The notes under the pieces are model-generated. The model had not been told where the DNA came from, searched no databases, and saw only the letters and a list, made by a program, of their open reading frames with translations. The position numbers and the translations under genes were made by a program. Of a stretch of 64,000 nucleotides of DNA, positions 53,790 through 64,000 are shown piece after piece. The stretch comes from Spironucleus salmonicida (Eukaryota), in NCBI RefSeq assembly GCF_000497125.1, contig NC_090596.1, forward strand, positions 62,001 to 126,000. Direction: 5' to 3'. Every line of letters begins with the position of its first letter. The stretch's first letter is position 1.

Positions 53790-55583
53790 ATGATTAAAGT
53801 TAAAGTAATTTCTGTAGTCTCAATTTTCGCATTACTTGGATTGATTTTATTACAGTAACTTTTACTTAACTACGATATTTATAATTCTATTACTGAGGTA
53901 TTTGTTATTATTGATAAAGTTTAATTAATTAAAATTTTTGTTCTTGCTACTGGGTTTGCAATTCTTATGCTTATATTTTGCACATATATGCTTTTACAGT
54001 TTCCATAACTTAGTATTACAGTACTTAAGAGGTCATTCTCTAAAAATGTTAATAGTTTAATATCAAATATATTTAAGATTTATTAGTCAATTGGAGCAAC
54101 GGATATGGGAGATTCTGCCTTTACTTAAACAATTGCACTTGGCGTATCAATCACAGCTATTAATATCATTCATATTATTATTTAATATTTTTTGGACTAG
54201 CTTAAAGAAGATATTTAACTTATCGCAATCCAGTAAGATAAAGAATCTTTTGTATTAAAAAAGCAAGTTAAAGTAAATTTTTACTTACTTGCTAAGTCTA
54301 TCATTGCTTCCTTTATAATGTAATTCTTTATAATAAAATAATTTGAACTTAGCCTTAATATGTTAAGCAACTTTGATGCCACACAAATTTATTTAAGAGG
54401 ATCTACTTTTGTTTTTTGGGACTTAATTTTTAACTTATTTATACTTATTATTAAGTATTTGAATAGTTTATCTTATTATACCAATACTGCAAAATTATAA
54501 GAGAAATAATTTATAGGATTACTAATTATATTTGTATGCTAGTTATCTCAACTTATTTATTACATGTTAATTTTTATTAATACATTATCGTAGATTTATC
54601 GATCTAAAGATATAATCGGCAATTCTATATAAATTGACATGAAGACAAAAAAACTACTTTAAGCTCTATTATTTTCTGAGATATTAGATTTTATATAAAA
54701 TATAAGAGAACTGAATAAATCATTTTAATAGTTGGTACTCAATTATAAAACTATTAGGAACTTAGATGACTTTCCGATTCCTACTTACGAATAGTTATAT
54801 GATTGTTCAGAATAAGAAGTTAACGCAAATGTAGAATATTATGTCGGTGAGGCAATATGTACCATTTGTATGGATACGATGAACTTAATTGTTGAACCAT
54901 AATCAGTACGAATACTATAATGTGAACATTGTTATCACACTAGTTGCATTAGAAAATGGCTAGTGTAAGGAAATAGCACTTGTCCTGTCTGTAACAAAGA
55001 AGTATTTGCAAATATAGAGGAAAATTAAAAGTTAGCAGAATAGTAAGAAGAAGAATTAAATATGCGAATTAATGAGATATAGTCTTTTGGGGAAAATGAA
55101 GAGTAATCTTCAGAAAGCTTAGAATAATAAAGCTCATATTCTAGTGCTTCGCATTTAACAAATGATTATAATATCTCACCTATATTACTTCATGATTAAG
55201 AGTTAAATATTTAGTAAGAGATAGTGTAATAACCTATTCGGAAAAAGTAAAGGAGTAAACTTAGTTAAAAAATCAAGCAGGACATCACAATAAACCGATA
55301 ATTATTTTAACTATTAATAGATAATCCTGATCTGGAGTTAAATTTCTAGGACCCATAATTAAACTTACAACCAGAATAGAAGTAATAAAAATAAATATGC
55401 AGCATACCTATTATCATTGACGAAAATTAGTAGGATTTAAATTTAGAATAGTTTTTGTAGGCAATCGATGTCTCTGTAAATTAATATAAAACTGATCTCA
55501 CTTGTAAACAGTATTTATATGACAATCCTGATATCGAATTAGAACTTCTTTAACTGAAACGGATAAATAAAACATATGAATGA
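53790..55583 (+). CDS. Multi-pass membrane RING-H2 E3 ligase (HRD1-like), 597 aa
   Basis: Several N-terminal hydrophobic helices, then CTICMD..CEHCYHTSCIRKWL..TCPVC. Confidence 0.8.
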
Positions 55584-55631
55584 TATTATTATACTATTTT
55601 AAATTAAATTTATATTATAAAGATATACAAA

Positions 55632-57341
55632 ATGACTTTAATAACTATTTAAAAAAATAAGACAGAAGTGTTTAATGATTCGTTATTCTCTGCATCAGGG
55701 TGTATATTATACAAAGAAAATCAAGATTGTATTTAGTTCAATGAAAATATACGTCATATTCAATCATTCGAATAATTTCTTACTATTACTTTAGAGACAT
55801 AAGTTACTGTGTATAATATGGCATTGGAATAAATATTAAATGTATAATATAAATCACGCCTTTCTTTATATAATGGTAGCCAATTACTTTTAGCCTCATT
55901 TAAGTTAGTTGTTTATCAAAAAAATGAATTTAAAATTATCTCTAATGATTTTGTTACATCTATAGCAGCATCTCCAAATTATTTTTATGTTTCTATTGCT
56001 AATTTTATTCTTCCGGTAACATTCATAGATTGCTAAATATTGGATAAAAAATTATTATCATAGTAATAAATTAAATAAATCATATTTAAAAACAGTCATT
56101 TATATGCTATTACCCCGGATTATTTATTTATTGATGGGATAAAATAGCCGTTTAAATTATAAACTGCATCTTCTCTTGCTGTTGATACTAATTTTATTTA
56201 TATCTCCGGTGGAGATAACGTTATAACTATTATATAAAACCAGCAGATTGTTTATACATTAGGTAATAAATTTGAATTAGGAAGAGGAGTGGAATAAATT
56301 ATATCAGTTAGTGATAACAAAATTTTAATAACTTTAGAAGGAGGTTTTTCAACACTTCTCGAATTAGAGAAATAAATTTGGAAAAGAAAATAATCATTCT
56401 TACCTGCTAAACCAATTGTGTAAATAATAAATATAGAAGGCTTTATTCTTATTTTCAATGATTTATAAGGTTTTATTTTTAAAGACTAGGTTCCACATTC
56501 ATTGTGTTTAAGATCTGGTTGTGAAATTGCTACGGTTATACCACTTAGGCATTCATTTTTGATGCTAAGTGATGAATCATCAGTAAGAGGATATTAAATG
56601 CCTGGTTGGATTATGAATGATGATGAAACCTAATTTTTTACAGGGAAATCAACTCCACTTAGCTTGACAGTTTAGCCTGTTAACAAAAAAAATTCTAGGA
56701 TACCAGAACTATCAGAATCGTTTTAATGCTTTGCTATGTGTAACGACACACTTTGGCCAGAAAAATTTGAAGGGGCTGCCCTCAGTGGAGCAAAGGCACT
56801 TCAAGCAGTACATGAAAATTAACTGTTTGTTATTTGTGAGCCTGGACGTTAAGATGAAAATTCAATTGAAATTTATGATATAAGCGATAAAATTAAATTT
56901 ATAAGAGGAATATAACCATATCAGGGTAGTAAATTTATGAGAATTTGTTCTAACTAAGATTTAGTATTCGCAATTACAAAAGCTGGCGATGTGTTCCAAA
57001 TCGGAGTAGAAAAACAATAGTTCTTGTATCAAGTGGAAGGGTCCCGTGGACTTCTAGCTAACTTAAAAAATTGTGTTTATATAGTTCTTAAAACTGGAAT
57101 AATATAAATTTTTTAAGGATAAAGAAAGTAAATGTTTGAGGATCATATATTTGATTTTATCTTTACTTTTGAGGAGCTTTTATTTTTAGGTGACTCTAGC
57201 GGTTAAATTTACTAGGTTTTGGAGCAATCCTTGATTTCAAAGTGGAAAATGAGTGGTACTATCACTGCACTTAATATTTTCGGGAACTTAGTAGTTTGCG
57301 GTGACAAATTTGGTATTGTAAGGTATCTGTAACTCGAATGA
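55632..57341 (+). CDS. WD40 protein, Elongator subunit ELP2-like, 569 aa
   Basis: SDESSVRGY..PLSLT..NDTLWPEK echoes the ELP2 motifs DEKVxRxF, PxLGLSNK, TLWPE; WD-like repeats throughout. Confidence 0.6.
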
Positions 57342-57394
57342 AAAATAATTACTGTTATATAGTATGTGATATATTGCTAAAACACTCCATTAAA

Positions 57395-58117
57395 ATGGGA
57401 TCTACTCCATCTTAGATAAATGATTAGTCATAGCTCCCTTCAAGTAATGCACCGAGTCAGTTAGTTGAATTTTCATGGGGAGAAGGTGGATCTAGTGTCT
57501 TCTTTTGTGGAAGTTTTAACCACTGGCGTGAACGAATTCCTATGCAGCAAGTGCAGCCAGGAGTATGGGTAGGTACAAGAGAGTTGTAGCCTGGCACTTA
57601 CTAATTTAAATTTGTTGTTGATGGGCAATGGAGATGTTCTAGTGGTTACTAAAATGTAAGAGATCCAAATGGTAATATGAATAATTAGATTGTTGTTTCA
57701 GAGAAAGATTAGGCTCTTGTTCCTAAGAATTAAGAAAATGATCCTCAACGTTAGCAAATGTAGTAAATTGAGTAAATGTTTACTACCATGATTCCAGAAA
57801 ATCCATTCACAATATGGACTTCATTTCCGACAGAATTACCAAGATAGCTTGTTAAAACTCCATTAAATACAAATATTACTAATGATGCTTACCAACCTAG
57901 CATATTACTACCTTTACCCGATCATGTTGTTTTAACTCATTTCTTTAAACAGAAAAAAAGAAAAAATTTTGTTGTCACTGCATCAACAGCTAGATACAGA
58001 TCAAAATATGTTACTATTGTCCTTTATATTAGCACGGAAGTAGAATCAAGCAATCATATTGATGAATTAGCTGATATTTATCATACAACATTGAATTAAC
58101 TACAAGAAATATAATGA
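57395..58117 (+). CDS. AMP-activated protein kinase beta subunit, 240 aa
   Basis: N-terminal MG myristoylation; CBM48 GSFNHW..PGTYQFKFVVDGQW..GNMNN; C-terminal LPLPDHVVLTH..RYRSKYVTIVLY. Confidence 0.93.
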
Positions 58118-58126
58118 GTTATTTTA

Positions 58127-58609
58127 TCACTTGAATAATTTAGACTTAAACTATTATATTGTGTTCGCTACCTAATTATTATACATTTAAATTACTTTGT
58201 CTAAAACCGCAGCAGCAGATTTATATGACCCCAACTCAAAATGGATTGATTCTAACTGAAATTGATTAGCAAACTAAATATAATCTTCTTACCTAGTATT
58301 TTATGTTTCCATAAACAGTTACACAGCTTTAAATTTACTCATTAGTGCTTAGATATTGCCTACAAGTTTCGTTGCATTATCTATATCTACTGAATAAATA
58401 ATAATATTCATATGGTGCAAAAGATGTTAGATTGTATTGAAATCTTCAAAGTCCTTTGCTACATGCCAAATGTTAAATCTTACATCATTATGAATTAGAG
58501 TATTAAAAGAAATGCCCTCTGAGATAAAATGAGACTATAAAACAGTACATAAGAAGTTTTCCATCTCTATCTATGCATTTCCAATAATAATAAGTTATGT
58601 TGACTTCAT
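58127..58609 (-). CDS. Degenerate small-GTPase-like (Arf/Rab fold) protein, 160 aa
   Basis: LIIIG, VRFNIWHVA, IIIYSVDI strand pattern, but no GKT/S, DxxG or NKxD. Confidence 0.55.
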
Positions 58610-58655
58610 TATGTAGTTTATTATATTGGATATATAAAAGTGATTATAGATTGAC

Positions 58656-59675
58656 ATGAATGAATATGTTAGTAGTTATTTAAAAATGAAATAGCTAAAG
58701 TAAATACCAGCAGAATTAGTAACATTTAAACAATTAATTAATCAATAATAAGAACTTTTATTATAAGATATGATAGATAAGCATTCAATTATTTTTAAAA
58801 CATTAACATAAACGAAAGCTTATTTATACTAGTCATAACTACATTAGGGACAAATTGATAATTACATTGCATAATTATAATAATGTATTTAACTAGACTA
58901 GCCACAACAGATTGTTTAAGTATGTTAAGAAAGCTACTTATAAACTTTTAAGATACACTCATTTCAATTGCCATTGGAATGCCAACTTTTAATATCATTA
59001 ATATTTAATTTGCCTATTTCTGACGATAAATCTGATTACGATGCACATATTTTAGAAACTTACTTTCATAATCATGGACTTAATCCTTTTGCAATCCATA
59101 AAGCAGCTCAATTAACAAAATTTACTAATAATATCATTGTATAAGATATTTAATATCATATACTAGATTCTATTATAGTATTAATTAAGCTAAATCATCA
59201 TATTCCAGAATTTTACTAATAACATTTAAGAAATTTTTTGTTCATTTAATTGAAAGTAACAGAGTTCAAGCATGAATATATCAACTTATTTACAGCATGT
59301 GTATAACTTGAAAACATACATCCTTCTAAATTTGTGGTATCATAAGTGTGTCATACTTAAATTCAACAAGCTTAATAATTGTAAGTAAAACTTCTTGCCC
59401 TTAAAAATTTTATTTCAAAAGTCTTAAATTTTTAAGAATTAGTAAGAATTTGCATCTTTTTAGATTAATATAGCATTAAGAGTTATATTTAAGAAATTTT
59501 AATAGGAAATTTTAATGAAATAAATTCTGCGTAAATAATATTATAACTAAAATAAATATTAATAGATGACGATTATAAATAATTATTTAAGATATTATAT
59601 ACATCTCCAGTGTTGCATTAATTATGTAACCTATCCTAGAAGGGTTAAAAAAGTTAATTTTTACTAAAAGAGTGA
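58656..59675 (+). CDS. COG8/Dor1-like tethering subunit, 339 aa
   Basis: LKQIPAEL..LLQDMIDKHSIIF, LDQPQQIVQVCQESY, FQLPLECQLLISLI and FQELVRICI echo COG8 motifs; GAGTGA stop. Confidence 0.55.
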
Positions 59676-59746
59676 ACATTAAATAAATTTAAACTTATAC
59701 ATATTTAAATTTGTATATTGTTTTAATATATTATGTTAAACTAAAA

Positions 59747-62700
59747 ATGCATGATACAAATGTCAAGTAATCATCTTTTTATACAAAGTTCATTTTAGCT
59801 GAATTAGAATTAATCACGATTACAAATGTAATGTAAATATTTAATTAACATTAAAAGTAAAATTTATTGTTATAATCACTATTAGTTGCAAAACTTGTTA
59901 TTCAAATGTATTTAGTACTATAATTCAATAATATATCAACATTAGAAAATTAATTATAACATAGGTAAAAGTTTACGCATATATAGCTAATGTTTTAAAT
60001 TATAAATATATTTTACTAATAAAAAGATTTTATTATGTTTATGTTTACCTAATTTTAAACTGGTCTTACATTTCTGGTATATAGCCATGTTCCATATTGC
60101 TCAATGGAGATGTATGCATTTTCGTTGGTATAATCTATATTAATATTCTTTTAATATTATAGTTACTTCTAAAGTTATAGTATTGGAAGTATTCAGATGC
60201 TGCTATCAGGAATACTAATTATTAAAGATCATTTAATATTTAAAAATATTAATCGTATAAATATTGTCGCTGACACTGATTAGTAAACGGATTCTATGAA
60301 AGATTTATTTTCAAGCCTTTTAAATAAGTCTATGTGTTCAAGAATTTTTAAAACAATTTAACATAACTAGGTACCTATATCATAAACTTGCCCTAATTCA
60401 GTCCTAATATATATAAGTTTTATTAAAAACTAATAATCTTAGTTAATTTATGCTGCCAAAGCTCATGAATTTACTGTTATTTTAGACATGTTGGTCGATG
60501 CGGTTGGCGTACTTAAAATTAAATCAAATTTTGATGAGTATGTTATTATAACAGATTAAGATATTGCTTATGGGGGTATGTTAGATAGTTAAAATAATAA
60601 TATATCCGTTTTTAATTAAGCCTTAATATTTTCATAATTCGTTTAGGAAGCATCAAAAGCATTAGATTTTGACATTAAATCAATAATTACTGTAGGTGAA
60701 ATTAGATTAACTGTTAATGGGTTTTAGAAAAATTATATATGGTCTGATTTGATTGGTCCAACGTATTCATTAGCGAAACATATTACCAGTAATCTAAATA
60801 AAGGTATTTATCTTGATAATACTTCAGTTACAATTTATTGCTAGTAATAATCCAAATCAAGAAATGATGCTTAAAAATTTAATTAATATTATACTTAAGA
60901 CTAATCTGATTTTGCTATAATGATGAGCTTTATACGAAAATTTTAGCAAGTTCCAAAGTTATTTTTAGCTACAATTATTAAATATGATGATAGATAATTT
61001 GAAGTGTTTAAAATAGACTCAACATTGGAGAGTAAAACACTAATATTAAAAGTTTTAGAATTAGTTTACTCACAAAAAACTTAATAATCTGTATTTACTG
61101 ATAGTTAATAAGATTTTGATTAAAATATAAAGGAGCTTAAGATGTTAATAGACTAAATTGATTATGGACGCAAATCATCATCTGGATTTGGACAATCATC
61201 ATATTCTATAGATAATTCAGATTGTAATAGTGTTAAGTTAGCATTTGATCTTTAATCATCAGAAGAATCTGACTCATAATATAAAGATATATTACCATCT
61301 TTTGTTAAAAATCCATCGACCAAAGATATTATTATGAGGGAACCAATTTTAGAAACTGTAGAAGAAGATGTAATAGATACATCCATGCTAGCATACCTGG
61401 CTAAATATAGAAAATATATGCAGTCTTTATCTGGTAGAAGAAAGGCATCGCTTTAACCTTTAAAAAATGACTTGGAAGAATCTGAAAATGAAGATTTTGG
61501 AGTATAATTTGTTATATAAAGTTCAGTCAGCTCAATGAACTGTTTATAATTGGAAGAAGAAAGTAAAAATTGTAGTTTTTACTAGTCTCTAAAGAAATAT
61601 GTATATAAAGTTTACTAGTAAATATGTTAAAAATTTAATTGGCTTATGTAAATTATACATTAATCATAATAAATGATGAATATCCAATCATAAATTTCAG
61701 GTATAGTAGAATAAAGATCTTCAGAAAGTAAATTTTTTTTACAAGCAATTACTAGTTAGTATAATATTTTATTTTTAAATAAGGTTCCAGCTTCTATAGT
61801 GTTTACTTCAATATGTATATATTTGTATAAACAATCTGTAGACGATTTTATCATTATTTTAGGGCATTATTTTAATTTTAAGTAAGGATTTTATTATATA
61901 CTAGTAGTTTAAGTTTTTACAATAATAGGAGATGCACTATTATCATTTAAAATTCTACAGCAAAAGGTAACAGAAAAGAAAGGAAAATAATACGATGATA
62001 AATAATTTTTGTTTAAGTCTAGCGTATAAGAAGATTGCATTGAAACAATAGATTATCTCACTATTTATAACTATCTTTGGCGAATATTATAATTAATTAC
62101 GCATATTACATACCATACAATCTATTTTGTGTTCATGTTATCTACCTAATAAAGCATTAAATCCTCATAAAAAGCTATATCAGAATATGTTATGCTTTAG
62201 CTTATGTTATTTATCCATGACTAATGCAATTCCTTATTGTCTCCGTATCATTAATCTGTATTTGATATATCAATAATTTTTGTTTTCACTTCTCTTATAG
62301 ATATTATTTTTTTAATATTAGGAAGTCAATTCAATTTTTATCTTTCTATAATGCCTTTAGTATCCAAATTACCTCATTTAATATATAATACTTACATAAC
62401 TAAATAATTTTATAAATATGCTGAAAATAAAACTAAGCTACTAGAACGATCGAAAAGAAATGCACGTAAATTATAATCTTTTTCTTTACCTATTACTACT
62501 AGCACACTTCTATCTCACTAGTAAGAGCTATTATAATTATAAGATGAATTATTTTAAGATTAATATATTAAAAAATATAATATCCTTACCGTATATTCAT
62601 AGATTCTAGGTGAAAAATAACGATATATTTAGAAGAAACGGGAAACCCTCTTAAAACTTATTAATTAAGCATCACAAGATGACTATTAGTAAGATCTTAT

Positions 62701-63415
62701 ATAATTGTAAATTACATAAATATATCTTGATTATTAAAAGTTGAGCTTCTAAGATATTTCATCTTAGCGTGTTGTTTTACATTTTAATAATTGTATTATA
62801 TTGTCTTTACGATTAGAAAATATTGAATTGTTATAAGAATTTAGTGACTAAACAACATTTATTGATGAATTCTATGAAATAGTTAATGACTCAATACAAG
62901 ATGTATCAACTGCACTTATTTTAAAAATTGAGGGATCAATTATATAAATTCTTTTATTTTAAGAATCGTAAGCAGACTTTGAATAATATAACTCATTATA
63001 AGTTGGTGTTGCTTTGGGCCTTGGTATATTGAAAAAATGTAGAGAATTTATTTCTGAATTTTGTGAAGATATCGTTAATCCACCAAATATTTATTCTACT
63101 GGTGGTATATCAATTGGTGAAGGTTATGGCATGGTATTAGGTGACAAAATATTTAGGTTTGACATGGTAGGAGAAGTTTAGGAATAAAGTTTATTAAATC
63201 TTTAAAATTCAATTTAAAATGCAATAACGATGGATAGACTTCTATGGAAGATATATCTAAAAGAAAATGACAGATTTCTCATTGAAATAAGAACTCTTAT
63301 TGAGTTATAAAATCTTAAATCTGGTAATAAGACAGAAAATGAAGTAAATTATAATGTTTGGTTGTAAACTAAAATAGATGTATTTGATTATATTTATGTT
63401 ACTGGGCTAAAGTGA
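59747..63415 (+). CDS. Transmembrane class III adenylyl/guanylyl cyclase-like protein (TM-C1-TM-C2), 1222 aa
   Basis: C1-like HEFTVILDMLVDAVGVLKIKSNFDEY..SDLIGPTYSLAKHI; C2-like ILKIEGS..GISIGEGYGMVLGDKIFRFDMVG; two hydrophobic clusters. Confidence 0.75.
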
Positions 63416-63418
63416 AAT

Positions 63419-63919
63419 TCATTCAACCATACTTTCATATAAAATTTATGATTTTTTCTTTTATATATGGGGTTTTTAAATATCCTAAACCCATTTGACC
63501 AAAGGGTTAGAATAAAATCTATCAGAAGCATGCAACCTTGAAGCTATCTTATTAAATGTATTATTATTAACATAAATATTCCGTCTATCTGGTTTAAGGG
63601 CAATACTATTTGATCTATTAAAAATATAACCTGGTTTATTAACATCTAGTTATAAATGATAGTCAGATGGGCCTGGTGAGATTGAATTCTTAACATCAAT
63701 CTTAGATTTTATTTTAACTATTTTTTAAGGGTTGTTGATGTATCGAAATGCCTATGAGATATCAGATAACTAGTTGTTCGTTTTTTCTTATTTTTTACAT
63801 AAAGTTTGCTTATTAGGGTATAATGAATTATTCATAAGCTATTAATTTGAATTAAATAATACTTTAACTTCTTGTCTAGGCTACAATGCTTAAATAAATC
63901 GTTTTTATGATTCACTCAT
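63419..63919 (-). CDS. Protein with SHIPPO-type SPGPSDY motif, 166 aa
   Basis: ATG 63919 to TGA 63419; ISPGPSDYH..KPGYIF. Confidence 0.6.
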
Positions 63920-64000
63920 ATTATACCAAATCTAATTATAATTTAATAGATATATAATGAAATATGTCAATTTTGTTATGTATCATTCAATCTCCTGTAT

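Noticed and set aside
63983..64000. 3' end of a further minus-strand gene (..IQEIE*)
   Set aside because: Only five codons are visible, too little to annotate.

Overview
Gene-dense, AT-rich, apparently intronless eukaryotic DNA that uses the variant genetic code in which TAA/TAG encode Gln and only TGA stops (table 6). The supplied standard-code ORF track is therefore fragmentary and often on the wrong strand. Retranslating by eye gives 43 CDSs tiling the window with very short spacers, plus one tRNA-Trp(CCA). The code, the compactness and the frequent AGTGA stop context point to a hexamitid diplomonad, most likely Spironucleus (inference). Recognisable genes: RME-8/DNAJC13-like, family-16 methyltransferase, TLDc protein, PUS3, FHA+BRCT (MDC1-like), Sec20-like SNARE, Rab, SHIPPO/ODF3-repeat proteins, cytosolic carboxypeptidase, ING-like PHD, FG-nucleoporin-like, B9D2, C2H2 zinc finger, RPP21, HRD1-like RING, ELP2-like, AMPK beta, COG8-like and a two-domain transmembrane cyclase-like protein. 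Notable features: a near-perfect GC-rich 483-bp in-frame tandem array inside a coiled-coil gene, and several apparent pseudo-enzymes (J domain HPD->SPD, USP-like, cyclase, RNB, GTPase, NDK). All homology calls are motif recognition by eye, not database searches, and the longest frames were spot-checked rather than read codon by codon.
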